Shown: positions 29,183-39,867 of the stretch, piece after piece
How positions within the stretch are numbered: the first letter of the stretch is position 1
Layout of the letters: each line of letters starts with the position of its first letter
Made by a program: the position numbers and the translations under genes
Notes under the pieces: generated by a model
Database searches by the model: none
The model's input: the letters and a program-made list of their open reading frames with translations, nothing else
What the model was told of the DNA's origin: nothing
Assembly: GCA_964469265.1 (NCBI GenBank)
Contig: CAYXYF010000005.1
Location: 26,518 to 90,517 of the forward strand
Direction of reading: 5' to 3'
Length of the DNA: 64,000 bases
From: an uncultured Bdellovibrionales bacterium
GTDB taxonomy: Bacteria; Bdellovibrionota; Bdellovibrionia; Bdellovibrionales; JAEYZS01

Positions 29183-30229
29183 TTAAAGCGGTTTGCAAGG
29201 AAGCTCAGGGCGAATAAGTGTCGAATAAATCTGATTAACCTGAGACCGATTGGACACAAAAAACAGCGAGCGGCCCTCGGGACCAAAGGCGGGGCTTGAT
29301 TCATCGGCTTTGTGAAACGAGAACCTAGTTGCGCACTTTTCACCAAGATCGATTTGGTAGACGTCCTTATTTTTTCTGTCTTCAATGTTGGTGATAACGA
29401 GAAATCTGTGTTGCGTGGGGTGGAGTTCAACATCGGAATAGCTGAGATCGTCAGACCCAAGAAACACCGTTTCGTTTTTTCCGCGCTTTTTAATAATTAA
29501 TTTCTGTTTTCCGTCTTTCGTTAGGGTTGTCCACGCAATGAACTGTTCGGATGCACTTAAGGACTGAATAATATTATTTTCCGAATGGTAGTTTGCCTTT
29601 TTCCCTGTGACGAGATTGAGTTCAACGATGGTGCTTTTTCCATTTTCTCTACGAACATAATAAAGTGTTTTACCATCATTTGTAATGGCAGGCATACCAT
29701 CATAACCGCGGTCCTTAGTGAGCCTCTTTGACTCCGAGCTTTTCTGGGATTCGATATAGAGTTCTAGAGGTTCATAAGCTTCGGGGATATTCTTTGTATT
29801 CAATCCAAACTCTGTCAGAGTGGGATTTAAATTAAGGTTTTCTATTATTTCATCGGCACTACTAGAATAAATGATCCAGGGTTTCTGCGGATGGTATCGC
29901 GGATGTTTATTAACGCCAAGATTGTGCGTGACCCTTCTTTCAGTTTTCGTCACGAGATCTTTTTCAACAATCTGCGGAGTCTTGTGTTCATGGGGAAAGT
30001 CACGGACAAAGACCAACTTGTTCGTCGAAGTTGAAAAATGAACACTCGTATTTTCACCCTTTGTTGTCATCTGGTGAATTTCGCCCTCAAGAGAATCGAA
30101 ATAAACCAGCTCTCCAGATTTTTCTTTTGAGGAGCAAGCTGATAAAAAAAGTATAACTAAAGATACTTTAATGCTTTTTGTATTAAAGAGGTTGGATTGA
30201 TGCGTTTGATTTGATCTACGGATACCCAT
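29183..30229 (-). CDS. TolB-like PD40 beta-propeller lipoprotein
   Basis: Lipobox LSA-C; repeats HPRYHP, MPAITNDGK, SPAFGPEGRSLFFVSNR. Confidence 0.75.
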   Translation of the reverse strand: MGIRRSNQTHQSNLFNTKSIKVSLVILFLSACSSKEKSGELVYFDSLEGEIHQMTTKGENTSVHFSTSTNKLVFVRDFPHEHKTPQIVEKDLVTKTERRVTHNLGVNKHPRYHPQKPWIIYSSSADEIIENLNLNPTLTEFGLNTKNIPEAYEPLELYIESQKSSESKRLTKDRGYDGMPAITNDGKTLYYVRRENGKSTIVELNLVTGKKANYHSENNIIQSLSASEQFIAWTTLTKDGKQKLIIKKRGKNETVFLGSDDLSYSDVELHPTQHRFLVITNIEDRKNKDVYQIDLGEKCATRFSFHKADESSPAFGPEGRSLFFVSNRSQVNQIYSTLIRPELPCKPL

Positions 30230-31122
30230 TGAAACTGATCCCCACTACAATTAGATTTTCTTTGAATGTTTAGCTTAACATAAATCTCATGATGAGTAAT
30301 GTTGTGCTTAAAATTATATTCCTTGGGTGGATTTTTTAGTCTTTTTACCCGTCCAGGAAATATCATTTTCCCTTTAAGAAACGGAGTGTACGAATTTGGC
30401 ACAAGTACCACCTTGTCTTTTTTTACAAAAATATCAGGTCGCCATTCCCAGACTTCCAACTCGCGGCGTTTCTTTTTGAGCGGTAGCATTTCTTGAAGAT
30501 TTTGTCGGAACCCGACGCAGGTTTTTTGTAGTGGACAGATCAGACACGAAGGTGATTTTGAAGTGCAAAGTGTTGCTCCTATCTCTATAAGTGCTTGGTT
30601 CATAATGGAAGAATCAACGCCTTTGACCCATTCGTCGGCAAGAGTTTGTAAGTGATTGCGATGAGGAGTTTCCCACCACGCAATACTCAACCCATAAAAA
30701 CGTGAGAGAAATCGTATGACATTTCCGTCTAAGACTCCGGCTTCGTTTTTAAATGCAAAGCTGGCGACCGCACGAGATGTATAGGGACCAAACCCTGGTA
30801 AACTCAAAAGCTCTTGATGTGTTTTTGGAAATCCATTTTCTTGAATGATCATCGCCGCTTTATGAAGGTTGTTTGCACGTGAATAATATCCGAGCCCCGC
30901 CCAGTAGGTATAAAGCTCTTCAAGGGAGGACTGACTAAGAACCGTCACCGTCGGATAGCGCTTAATAAAACGATTATAAAAGGGTATGACAGCTTTAACC
31001 GTAGTCTGCTGGAGCATGACTTCTGAGATCCAAATCTTGTATGGATCTTTTGTATTGCGCCAAGGGAGGTCGCGTTTATTTTTAGAATACCAATTTAGAA
31101 GACTCTTCTGATCTTGCCCCAT
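30157..31122 (-). CDS. mutY: A/G-specific adenine glycosylase
   Basis: RDLPWR, SEVMLQQT, GLGYYSRA, LPGFGPYT, DGNV, CTSKSPSCLICP. Confidence 0.95.
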   Translation of the reverse strand: MGQDQKSLLNWYSKNKRDLPWRNTKDPYKIWISEVMLQQTTVKAVIPFYNRFIKRYPTVTVLSQSSLEELYTYWAGLGYYSRANNLHKAAMIIQENGFPKTHQELLSLPGFGPYTSRAVASFAFKNEAGVLDGNVIRFLSRFYGLSIAWWETPHRNHLQTLADEWVKGVDSSIMNQALIEIGATLCTSKSPSCLICPLQKTCVGFRQNLQEMLPLKKKRRELEVWEWRPDIFVKKDKVVLVPNSYTPFLKGKMIFPGRVKRLKNPPKEYNFKHNITHHEIYVKLNIQRKSNCSGDQFQWVSVDQIKRINPTSLIQKALKYL

Positions 31123-31216
31123 GGCACTTCATAGGCCACGTTGTTGAAAAAATCAAAAAAGAAATAAAGAATCAAAATTCTTGTGAAAGCCTTCGGGCCG
31201 CGCTACATTACCGCTT

Positions 31217-32149
31217 ATGGAATACAAACAATTATCAGGACGTGAGTTTCCTCGTTTTTCATCGATTAAAACATTTTTCCGCATGCCGTATGTCGAGATG
31301 GACAACGATTATGATGTGGGTATTTTTGGTATTCCATTTGATGGCGGGGTCAGTTATCGCCCTGGAGCACGCTTTGGTCCAAGTGCGATCAGAGAGGCTT
31401 CTTCTCTAGGAAGAGGTTACCATTGGACTCGTGGCATAGACTTTACCAAATTAATAAAGGTCGCTGACATCGGCGATGTTTCAACTGTTCCTGTGTCTTT
31501 AGAAAAGACTTACGAAAATATTGAATTTCACGTCATGAAAATGTTGGCCTTAAAAAAGCGTTTTATTTCTGTGGGTGGCGATCATTCCACCACTTTGCCA
31601 GTTCTTCGTGCCCTGAAAAAATCCATAGGCTCTCCAATAAACTTTATTCATTTTGATGCCCATTTAGATACTTATCCCGCAGCATGGGATTTTGAATATC
31701 ATCACGGATCTTTTGCAAGACATGCCGTTGAAGAGGGGCTTATTGATCCAGCCAATACACTTCAGATCGGCATCAGAGGACCTCTTGCATCGGGTTCAGA
31801 TTTAGACTTTGTTAATAAACATAAAATTACAGTAAAGACGGTGGACGATGTTCGCTCTGTGAGTCTTTCAGATTTTTGTAAAAGCCTTCCGAAGTTTGTG
31901 GGTCCGACTTATCTTAGTTTTGATATTGATTGTTTAGATCCAGCATATGCGCCAGGGACGGGAACTCCAGTTCCAGGCGGGCTTACGACCTATGAAACCC
32001 AGCATATCCTTCGCGCTTTAAAAGTGGATGAATTAGTTGGAGCCGATATTGTTGAAGTCTCTCCGCCTTATGACAATTCACAGATCACAGCAATGGCTGC
32101 TGTAGATACCATGTTTGAAATTCTATGTCTGATGGCCAATAAAAAATAA
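31217..32149 (+). CDS. speB: Agmatinase (ureohydrolase family)
   Basis: GARFGP, GGDHS, DAHLD, SFDIDCLDPAYAPGTG. Confidence 0.88.
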   Translation: MEYKQLSGREFPRFSSIKTFFRMPYVEMDNDYDVGIFGIPFDGGVSYRPGARFGPSAIREASSLGRGYHWTRGIDFTKLIKVADIGDVSTVPVSLEKTYENIEFHVMKMLALKKRFISVGGDHSTTLPVLRALKKSIGSPINFIHFDAHLDTYPAAWDFEYHHGSFARHAVEEGLIDPANTLQIGIRGPLASGSDLDFVNKHKITVKTVDDVRSVSLSDFCKSLPKFVGPTYLSFDIDCLDPAYAPGTGTPVPGGLTTYETQHILRALKVDELVGADIVEVSPPYDNSQITAMAAVDTMFEILCLMANKK

Positions 32150-34780
32150 TTACTGAATAAGGGCTTCGATTTTCTTTTTGGCAGAATCAAGCCCTTCCAG
32201 CGTTGGTACAGAACCCTGTGCAAAGTCTGGCCTGCCGCCACCTTTTCCGCCAAGAGCCTGAGCCATTTCTTTTAAAATTGTCCCAGCATTAAATTTACCA
32301 ACAAGATTTTTTGTCACGCTCACAATAACTGCGTGACTGCTTGAGCCCTGTCCGATGGCAACGACAATACCTGATTGAATTTTATCTCGAATCTTATCTG
32401 AGAAATCTGACAGTAACTTTCTGTCATCCGTTTCAATTTTAACGAACACAAAAGTTCCGTCAGAGAATTTCTTCCCAGACTTAATGTAAGAATCAGCATC
32501 CAAGCTTTTTGCTTTGATACTTTGAACAGTTTTTTCAAGCTCACGGTTTTCTTGTTTCTTATTTTCCACCCAGTGACTGAGCGGCGTACTGGGTTGCACT
32601 TGAGCTGCTTCACGAGCTTGCATGAGTTCTTTGTGATTTCTTAAAAGGTAATCAATGGCTTTTGTTCCAGTAATAGCTTCAATACGCCGAACGCCGCGAG
32701 AAACCCCGCCCTCTGAAATGATCTTAAATACTCTAATCTGAGAAGTATTTGAGACGTGGGTGCCGCCACAGAGTTCTGTTGAGAAGTCTCCCATCTTAAG
32801 AACTCGAACAGTATCACCATACTTTTCCCCAAATAATGCAATGGCACCAGCGTCGATCGCTTTTTTGTAGGACATAAGCTCTGGTTTTAACTCATGTGAA
32901 AGAGCAATTTGTTCATTCACAAGATTTTCAATCTTTTCAATCTCTCGCTCAGTGAGCGGTTTATCGTGAGTAAAATCAAAACGCGTGCGTTCAGCATCAA
33001 CCAGTGATCCAGCTTGGCTCACATGACTTCCTAATACGTTTTTAAGAGCAGAGTGCATGAGATGTGTTGCTGAGTGATTGCTTTGAACGTCTCGTCTCTT
33101 CGACTGATTCACTTGAAGGTCGAGTGTATCACCAATAGCAATCGTACCTTCACTCACGTGAACTTGATGTAAAAAAAGCTCTCCATTTTTTGTACAGTCA
33201 GTCACATCAACATGGACTCCAGCTTTGGATAGAGTTCCAGTGTCACCAACTTGTCCGCCGCCTTCAGCGTAAAAAGGTGTTTTATCAAGTATAACAAGAC
33301 CGCTTTCGCCAAAAGATAGTTTTTCAACTGCTTTATGCCCATCTGAAAGCGCAAGAACTTTGCCTTGGCCACTAAGAGATGAGTAACCAATAAATTCGGT
33401 CGGTTTTACTTTTTGAGAAAGTTCAATGAGGTGCCCTTGATCTGTGTTTAAGGCTTGGCCCTTCCAAGACGCCTGCGAGCGCTTGCGAGCTTCCTCCATA
33501 TGGGAGTCAAAGCCTGCTTCATCTACACTGATGTTTTGTTCTATGGCCATTAAGCGAGTGAGATCAACGGGGAAGCCATAGGTATCATAAAGTTTAAAAG
33601 CAACTTCTCCTGGAATGGTTTTGCTTTTATTCTTTTTTAGTTTTTCAATTTCTTGATTAAGAATTGCTGTTCCTTGATCAAGGGTTTGCAAGAAGGATTC
33701 TTCTTCAGATTTGACGGTCTTTACAATAAGGTTTCTTTGCTTTTCAAGTTCAGGGTAAGCCTGACTCATGCTTTGAATTACTTCTTCTACGACTGGTAAG
33801 AAGACAGACTCCGTCGTTGAAAGGTTTCGCGCAAAACGTATAGCGCGCCTTAAAATGCGTCTTAAAACATATCCTCGTCCTTCATTACTCGGAAGAACTC
33901 CATCTGCAATGAGAAACGCCGTTGCTCTCGCGTGATCTGCAATAACTCTTAGTGCAGTATCGGTTTTATTGTCGATATTATATTTTTTGCCAGTGATCTT
34001 AGCCGCTCTTTGAATCAGCGGCTGAAAGAGGTCTGTGTCATAATTCATGTACACACCTTGCATAACGGCAGCAACACGCTCTAATCCCATTCCTGTATCA
34101 ACAGATGGCTTCGGAAGAGGAGTTAATGTTCCTGCTGGCTCCTCGTAGTATTGCATGAAGACCAAATTCCAAATCTCAACATAGCGTTGCTCATCTTCAC
34201 CAAATTTTGCATTTGGATTTCCAGTAGATCCCGCAGACGGCCCGTGATCATAAAAAATCTCAGAACAAGGTCCGCAGGGCCCAGTGTCTCCCATCCGCCA
34301 AAAGTTGTCTTTTTCGCCGTAACGAAAGATTCTATCTTTTGGAACGCCTTCTTGCGTGTGCCAAATTTCAGCAGCTTCATCGTCGGTCTCAAAGACTGTG
34401 ACATAAAGTTTATCTTTCGGGATTTTGAGTTCGACGGTGAGAAATTCCCAAGCAAAGCGGATAGCCTCTTTTTTAAAATAATCACCAAAAGAAAAGTTTC
34501 CTAACATTTCAAAGAACGTGTGGTGACGAGCAGTAATACCTACTTGCTCAAGATCGTTATGTTTTCCGCCAGCACGCACACACTTTTGAGAAGTCGTCGC
34601 TCTTGTGTAGTTTCTTTTTTCATATCCCAAAAAAACGTTCTTAAACTGGTTCATTCCCGCGTTCGTAAAAAGGATTGTGTTATCTCCTTCGGGAACGAGT
34701 TTAGAGCTTTCAACTATTTCATGCTTATGTTTTTCAAAATATTTAAGAAACTTCTCTCGAATCTCAGAACTTCTCATCAA
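32150..34780 (-). CDS. alaS: Alanine-tRNA ligase
   Basis: FTNAGMNQFK, HHTFFEMLGNFSFGDYFK, DTGMGLER, HSATH, ELCGGTH, GGKGGG. Confidence 0.98.
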   Translation of the reverse strand: MMRSSEIREKFLKYFEKHKHEIVESSKLVPEGDNTILFTNAGMNQFKNVFLGYEKRNYTRATTSQKCVRAGGKHNDLEQVGITARHHTFFEMLGNFSFGDYFKKEAIRFAWEFLTVELKIPKDKLYVTVFETDDEAAEIWHTQEGVPKDRIFRYGEKDNFWRMGDTGPCGPCSEIFYDHGPSAGSTGNPNAKFGEDEQRYVEIWNLVFMQYYEEPAGTLTPLPKPSVDTGMGLERVAAVMQGVYMNYDTDLFQPLIQRAAKITGKKYNIDNKTDTALRVIADHARATAFLIADGVLPSNEGRGYVLRRILRRAIRFARNLSTTESVFLPVVEEVIQSMSQAYPELEKQRNLIVKTVKSEEESFLQTLDQGTAILNQEIEKLKKNKSKTIPGEVAFKLYDTYGFPVDLTRLMAIEQNISVDEAGFDSHMEEARKRSQASWKGQALNTDQGHLIELSQKVKPTEFIGYSSLSGQGKVLALSDGHKAVEKLSFGESGLVILDKTPFYAEGGGQVGDTGTLSKAGVHVDVTDCTKNGELFLHQVHVSEGTIAIGDTLDLQVNQSKRRDVQSNHSATHLMHSALKNVLGSHVSQAGSLVDAERTRFDFTHDKPLTEREIEKIENLVNEQIALSHELKPELMSYKKAIDAGAIALFGEKYGDTVRVLKMGDFSTELCGGTHVSNTSQIRVFKIISEGGVSRGVRRIEAITGTKAIDYLLRNHKELMQAREAAQVQPSTPLSHWVENKKQENRELEKTVQSIKAKSLDADSYIKSGKKFSDGTFVFVKIETDDRKLLSDFSDKIRDKIQSGIVVAIGQGSSSHAVIVSVTKNLVGKFNAGTILKEMAQALGGKGGGRPDFAQGSVPTLEGLDSAKKKIEALIQ

Positions 34781-34794
34781 TCTTTCTCATTCGG

Positions 34795-35235
34795 TTAAGG
34801 GTTCTTTGAGTTTACTATATCGTTGATCGTCTGATCGGCAAACCCTCTATTTGTAAGAAATCGGTAGATAAGTTGTTTTTCTGAGATGCTAAAGGGAGTG
34901 CTCTTATTAAATTTCTTTTCAACGAGTGTTTTGGCTTTGCTAAGCTCCAGCTCCCAATCTGGGTGAGCGCAGGGTAATTCTTTACTTTCTAGGTATTGGT
35001 TGATGTAGAGGATACCTTTATTTTTGCGATTGAGTTTTTCAACAATCATCTGTGATAGCTCTTCAGGACTCAACATAAACCCATTTTCGAAGGCAAGCTC
35101 AAGACCGCTTTCAATCTCCTCAGGGGCAAAGTCTTTTTCATCGAGTTTGTTACGGATTTCGGCCTCGGAGTGATCTCTAATAGCAAGGTAATCAATGATT
35201 TTTTCGAATGCGGATTTTTTTGGTTGTGCGGCCAT
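34795..35235 (-). CDS. recX: Regulatory protein RecX
   Basis: YLAIRDHSEAEIRNKL and FLTNRGF; adjacent to the recA operon. Confidence 0.8.
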   Translation of the reverse strand: MAAQPKKSAFEKIIDYLAIRDHSEAEIRNKLDEKDFAPEEIESGLELAFENGFMLSPEELSQMIVEKLNRKNKGILYINQYLESKELPCAHPDWELELSKAKTLVEKKFNKSTPFSISEKQLIYRFLTNRGFADQTINDIVNSKNP

Positions 35236-35299
35236 ATCCTTATTTTTCCATAGTTTTTCTTTGATTTGGGTGAGAATAACGTAATACTTTGATTCTAGT

Positions 35300-35761
35300 A
35301 TGACAAAGCCAAAATTAATATCTTATTTAGCAACTTTTTTCGGAGCAGGTCTTTCGCCAAAGATGCCTGGAACCGTAGGAACGCTGGCCGCAGTTCCACT
35401 CTGCCTTTTAGTCGGACGCGCTGGGCCCTATGGTTACATGGTTATTACGTTAACTTTAACCATAGCCGCGATTTATATTAGTGACCTTTACCAACAAGAT
35501 TTTGATGAGCACGACCGCCCAGAAATTGTTATAGATGAAGTTGTTGGTTTTTTAATTACAATGACGTGGATTCCATTGGGCTGGAAGTATCTTGTGGTAG
35601 GATTTATACTTTTTCGAATACTTGATATTTTAAAGCCATTTCCCATTAGCCACCTTAACAATAAGGTGAAGGGTGGACTTGGAGTTGTTATTGATGACGT
35701 GGCGGCAGGGCTAGTTGCGAATATCGCATTGCAGATATTGACGCAAGGCGGATATCTATGA
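35300..35761 (+). CDS. pgpA: Phosphatidylglycerophosphatase A
   Basis: G.SPKMPGT.GT, EIVIDEVVG, FRILDILKPFP, GLGVVIDD. Confidence 0.93.
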   Translation: MTKPKLISYLATFFGAGLSPKMPGTVGTLAAVPLCLLVGRAGPYGYMVITLTLTIAAIYISDLYQQDFDEHDRPEIVIDEVVGFLITMTWIPLGWKYLVVGFILFRILDILKPFPISHLNNKVKGGLGVVIDDVAAGLVANIALQILTQGGYL

Positions 35762-36228
35762 ATGAAAAAGTCCAAGAATTATTCCAAATTCTAAAATCTA
35801 AGAATGCGACCATCGGAGCCGCCGAAAGTTGTACAGGCGGACAGCTTTCAGCAAAGATCACAGCAGTTCCAGGTAGTTCTGAGTTTTTTATTGGGTCTGT
35901 TGTCTCCTACTCTAACTCAGTAAAGCAGGAGCTGCTTAAGGTTTCTGAGAATGATCTTATAAACCACGGTGCCGTTAGTGAGGTTGTGGCAGAAAAAATG
36001 GCAACAGGGGTGCGGCAACTGTTGAATTGCACCTTTAGCGTTAGTATTACTGGAGTAGCAGGTCCGGGGGGCGGAACAGAAGTAAAACCAGTCGGCACTG
36101 TATGGTTCGGAATTAGTGGCCCAAATTTTGTAAAGACAGAAAAGAAACTATTAAAAGGTGACCGCGCACAGGTGCAACTTGGTGCTGTGGAACATGCCTT
36201 AGAGCTACTTATTCGCGAAATACGGTAA
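35758..36228 (+). CDS. pncC: CinA C-terminal domain / nicotinamide mononucleotide deamidase
   Basis: AESCTGG, VPGSS, YSNSVK, GAVSE, TGVAGPGGG. Confidence 0.88.
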   Translation: MNEKVQELFQILKSKNATIGAAESCTGGQLSAKITAVPGSSEFFIGSVVSYSNSVKQELLKVSENDLINHGAVSEVVAEKMATGVRQLLNCTFSVSITGVAGPGGGTEVKPVGTVWFGISGPNFVKTEKKLLKGDRAQVQLGAVEHALELLIREIR

Positions 36229-36283
36229 GCCCAGTCCCAACTAGGCTTTTTATAAAAAAATTAAATCCATAAGGAGTACGGTA

Positions 36284-37405
36284 ATGGCAATGCAAACAAC
36301 AAATTCAGATAAAACAAAAGCTCTAGAGTTAGCGCTTTCTTCAATTGAAAAGCAATTTGGAAAAGGCTCTATCATGAAGCTTGGTGGGGACAATAAGCTC
36401 AATGACGGAATCTCTGTTATTTCAACAGGCTCTCTTGGCTTAGACGTCGCTCTTGGCATAGGCGGGATTCCTCGCGGAAGAATTATCGAAGTCTACGGGC
36501 CAGAAAGCTCTGGTAAAACAACAATCGCTTTATCAATTATCGCTCAAGCGCAAAAAACAGGTGGCGTTGCTGCATTCGTTGATGCCGAGCACGCATTAGA
36601 TATTGGTTATGCAAAAAAATTAGGTGTGAAAGTTGATGATCTTCTAGTTTCTCAACCAGACACAGGAGAGCAAGCTTTAGAAATCACTGAAACGCTTGTT
36701 CGTTCAGGTGCTGTTGATGTTCTCGTTGTGGACTCAGTTGCAGCGTTGACTCCAAGAGCGGAAATTGAAGGTGACATGGGTGATAGCCACATGGGTCTTC
36801 AAGCAAGATTAATGTCACAGGCTTTAAGAAAACTAACTGCTATTATCAGCCGTTCAAATACAACTGTAGTTTTCATTAACCAAATTCGTATGAAGATCGG
36901 TGTTATGTTCGGTAACCCAGAAACTACAACTGGTGGTAACGCTCTGAAGTTCTACTCGTCTGTTCGTCTCGATGTCAGAAGAACTGGCGCAATTAAAAGT
37001 GGTGATGAAGTAACTGGTTCAAGAACAGCTGTAAAAGTTGTGAAGAACAAAGTTGCTCCTCCGTTTGCGAGAGCTGAGTTTGACCTTATGTACGGTGAAG
37101 GGATCTCATTGACAGGTGAGGTTTTAGACCTAGCTTCTGAAAAAGGAATCGTTGATAAGGCAGGAGCTTGGTATAGCTACAATGGTGAAAGAATCGGCCA
37201 AGGTAGAGATGCTTCAAAAACTTATCTTAAAGAAAACCCAAAACTTCTAGAAGAATTAAGAACAAAAGTTCTTCATGCTTATGGAATCGGAGTAAAAGCA
37301 AATGAAGCAGCTGCTCCGCAAATCGAAGCTAAAAAAGAAGACGCTCCAGCGGGTGCTGCAATAGCAAAAGCAGTTGCAGCTAAAAAGAAAACAGCTCGAA
37401 ACTAA
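36284..37405 (+). CDS. recA: Recombinase RecA
   Basis: [41 protein letters not shown]. Confidence 0.99.
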   Translation: MAMQTTNSDKTKALELALSSIEKQFGKGSIMKLGGDNKLNDGISVISTGSLGLDVALGIGGIPRGRIIEVYGPESSGKTTIALSIIAQAQKTGGVAAFVDAEHALDIGYAKKLGVKVDDLLVSQPDTGEQALEITETLVRSGAVDVLVVDSVAALTPRAEIEGDMGDSHMGLQARLMSQALRKLTAIISRSNTTVVFINQIRMKIGVMFGNPETTTGGNALKFYSSVRLDVRRTGAIKSGDEVTGSRTAVKVVKNKVAPPFARAEFDLMYGEGISLTGEVLDLASEKGIVDKAGAWYSYNGERIGQGRDASKTYLKENPKLLEELRTKVLHAYGIGVKANEAAAPQIEAKKEDAPAGAAIAKAVAAKKKTARN

Positions 37406-37418
37406 TCTTAACTTTATA

Positions 37419-37452
37419 AAGTTGTTGTCGGTCTTGGTATCGACAACAACTT
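37419..37452. terminator. Hairpin/terminator between convergent genes
   Basis: 12-bp stem AAGTTGTTGTCG/CGACAACAACTT with a 10-nt loop. Confidence 0.7.
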
Positions 37453-38046
37453 CTATCTGACTTTCTTTTTCTTCTTCCTTCTACGGCGCCAAGCAAACCA
37501 GAAAAGCGACCCGAACGCAAAAGCCACAACAGCAGCAAAGATCAATTTGTTTCTTGGCGAATCGTCTATGGAAAGCTCTCTTCCGTACCAGACAATCAAA
37601 GACTTTGTAAGAACCATTGAACAAAAGACTGGCCAAAGATAAGAAAAATTCTCAGAGAAGCTCACCTTCTCAAGAGGTTTTTTAGGAATTTGAGCAAGAG
37701 GGGTTAGAGGGAGATTGACCCGTTGTGGAGAAGCAATAGTGCCATTTTTTTCTAAGAGTTTTTGGAATCCCCAATATTTTTTAGAAAATCGGTCTCGAAC
37801 CTGTCCCCATAAAAACCGAAATTGTTCGCCATCGATCTCTTCATCATCTAAATCCGTAAGTTCTTCAAAAAACTCTGAGAGCGCGCGAGATTTAATTTTA
37901 TCAAAATCCTCAGCCGTGAAATATCCGTAGGTCGGATGCAGATCAAACTCATAATCAACTAATACCTGCTTTAGAACTTCGAAGTCCTGAGGGTGGGCCG
38001 TTTTTTGAAGCTGAAGATAAACGGGATGGTTCGTGATAAAATCCAT
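37453..38046 (-). CDS. Hypothetical membrane protein
   Basis: Acidic N-terminal domain, two C-terminal TM segments and an RRRRKKKK tail. Confidence 0.6.
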   Translation of the reverse strand: MDFITNHPVYLQLQKTAHPQDFEVLKQVLVDYEFDLHPTYGYFTAEDFDKIKSRALSEFFEELTDLDDEEIDGEQFRFLWGQVRDRFSKKYWGFQKLLEKNGTIASPQRVNLPLTPLAQIPKKPLEKVSFSENFSYLWPVFCSMVLTKSLIVWYGRELSIDDSPRNKLIFAAVVAFAFGSLFWFAWRRRRKKKKKVR

Positions 38047-38090
38047 GCCGAAAAACTATAATGAAAATATCGCAATGGCCAACAGAAATT

Positions 38091-38684
38091 TTAGTTCATG
38101 TTATTGATAGAGACCGAACAATTATTTCCTGTCTGGAAGGTGTCAGCTGCAGCATCTTGAGATTTTAAATATTTCTCATTGATAACGACAGTTGAAAAGC
38201 TCTTTGCATCAAGGGCTGCAATTGAAAAATTATTCTGGTCAAAGGTACTTTCCAAGCCCGAGAACAAGAAAAGTTGCTCTGGGGCGTGCTGAGGATCGTT
38301 TAGCGGGTAAGTCATCATCGTAAATGGAGATGTGTAATCGCCAAAGTACTCTACGGGAAACCCAGTTTGACGGACGAGTTGAGCGACCATGGATAAGTCC
38401 TCAAGAGTCGAAACACGAATAATTCTTTCTGAAATATTATCAACGAAGAAGTAAGTGGACGTCCAAGTGTCACTACTGTAACTGCAAATCAGGGATTTGC
38501 TTTCGGGATCAATTTCGTGAGTTGGGTTAAAATAGTTTCCGATATGGCTTATAAGCTGCAATTCTCGGTTGGATTTTTGGCATTCAATAGCAATTGAAAT
38601 TTGATCAGGGCAATGGAAGTTCTCGGCAATAGCAAATGCGCTCTCAAATAAACTAAAAATAAGAACGAAAACGAAAACTTTCAT
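38091..38684 (-). CDS. Secreted hypothetical protein
   Basis: Signal peptide MKVFVFVLIFSLFESAFA; GAGGAG RBS. Confidence 0.6.
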   Translation of the reverse strand: MKVFVFVLIFSLFESAFAIAENFHCPDQISIAIECQKSNRELQLISHIGNYFNPTHEIDPESKSLICSYSSDTWTSTYFFVDNISERIIRVSTLEDLSMVAQLVRQTGFPVEYFGDYTSPFTMMTYPLNDPQHAPEQLFLFSGLESTFDQNNFSIAALDAKSFSTVVINEKYLKSQDAAADTFQTGNNCSVSINNMN

Positions 38685-38840
38685 CAAACAACACTCCTCA
38701 ATGTCAGCGGTTGCTCTACTATATAGCCAGCAGCTGTTATTTTGAATGTCTATTGCCAAACTTGATGAAAATTACACAGTGCCTATTTGGGTCTTTTTGA
38801 TTACATATTTGAGATTTAGTAGCTAAGATCAAAACATCAA

Positions 38841-39866
38841 GTGAGCAACGTAACTGAATCAAACAATTTAGAGCAAGACAAGATCCGCCTTAAGATCGCG
38901 TGGCTTTCTTTGGTCATCGGCGCGATTTTGCTGATTTTCAAATTTTGGGCTTACGAAATAACAAGCTCAAAGGCAATTCTCTCAGATGCCCTTGAGAGTA
39001 TCGTCAACGTGCTAGGTGCAATGATTGCCCTATTCACAATTTCCATTGCCGCAAAGCCTGCAGATAAGGATCATCCCTACGGACACGGCAAGGCTGAGTA
39101 CTTCTCAGTGGCTTTTGAAGGTGGCTTTATCACCTTTGCTGCGGTTTTGATTTTTTACGAGGCGATTTCTTCACTCATTACAAGAAACGAGCTTCAAAAT
39201 ATTGATATTGGTATCTACGTGACGGCAGGGGCGGGTTTAGTAAACGGCTTATTTGGGGCGTACCTTAAAAGAAAAGGTAAGACCCTTGATTCTTTAGCGT
39301 TACAAGGAAGTGGCGATCACTTGATTTCAGATGCCGTGACTAGCGCATGTTTGATTGTTGGTTTAATCGTCGTGCAAATGACGGGAGCTTTTTGGATTGA
39401 TGCTGTCCTTGCGCTAATTTTAGGTATTTTCTTAGCTAAAACAGGCATCGGTCTTGTTAAAAAATCACTCGACGGCCTCATGGATGCTGAGGACTTAGAT
39501 GTTATTCGAAGAATAGGAAAAGTTTTTGCAAAAAACGTCTTCCCTGGCATCATAAGAATACATTACACACGAGTTATTCGTTCAGGAAGATACCACCATA
39601 TTGATGCGCACCTAGTGGTTCCTGAATTTTGGGATGTCACTAAAGCCCATGCCGAGGCTGGACGTTTTGAAAAATTGGTCTTTAAGGAATATCCTAACGA
39701 AGGCGAATTGCACTTTCATCTTGATCCATGTCGTAGGGCTTATTGCGAGGTCTGTGATCTTGCCGACTGCCCCATAAGACAAAAGCCGTTTAAAAAACGG
39801 CTTTCGTTTACACTAGAGGAACTCACTAACCCCGAAGAACCAGAACCTTTTAGAGAAGAGAAATAA
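38841..39866 (+). CDS. Cation diffusion facilitator transporter
   Basis: SDALESIVN, PADKDHPYGHGKAE, HLISD; C-terminal HLDPC. Confidence 0.92.
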   Translation: MSNVTESNNLEQDKIRLKIAWLSLVIGAILLIFKFWAYEITSSKAILSDALESIVNVLGAMIALFTISIAAKPADKDHPYGHGKAEYFSVAFEGGFITFAAVLIFYEAISSLITRNELQNIDIGIYVTAGAGLVNGLFGAYLKRKGKTLDSLALQGSGDHLISDAVTSACLIVGLIVVQMTGAFWIDAVLALILGIFLAKTGIGLVKKSLDGLMDAEDLDVIRRIGKVFAKNVFPGIIRIHYTRVIRSGRYHHIDAHLVVPEFWDVTKAHAEAGRFEKLVFKEYPNEGELHFHLDPCRRAYCEVCDLADCPIRQKPFKKRLSFTLEELTNPEEPEPFREEK

Positions 39867-39867
39867 A

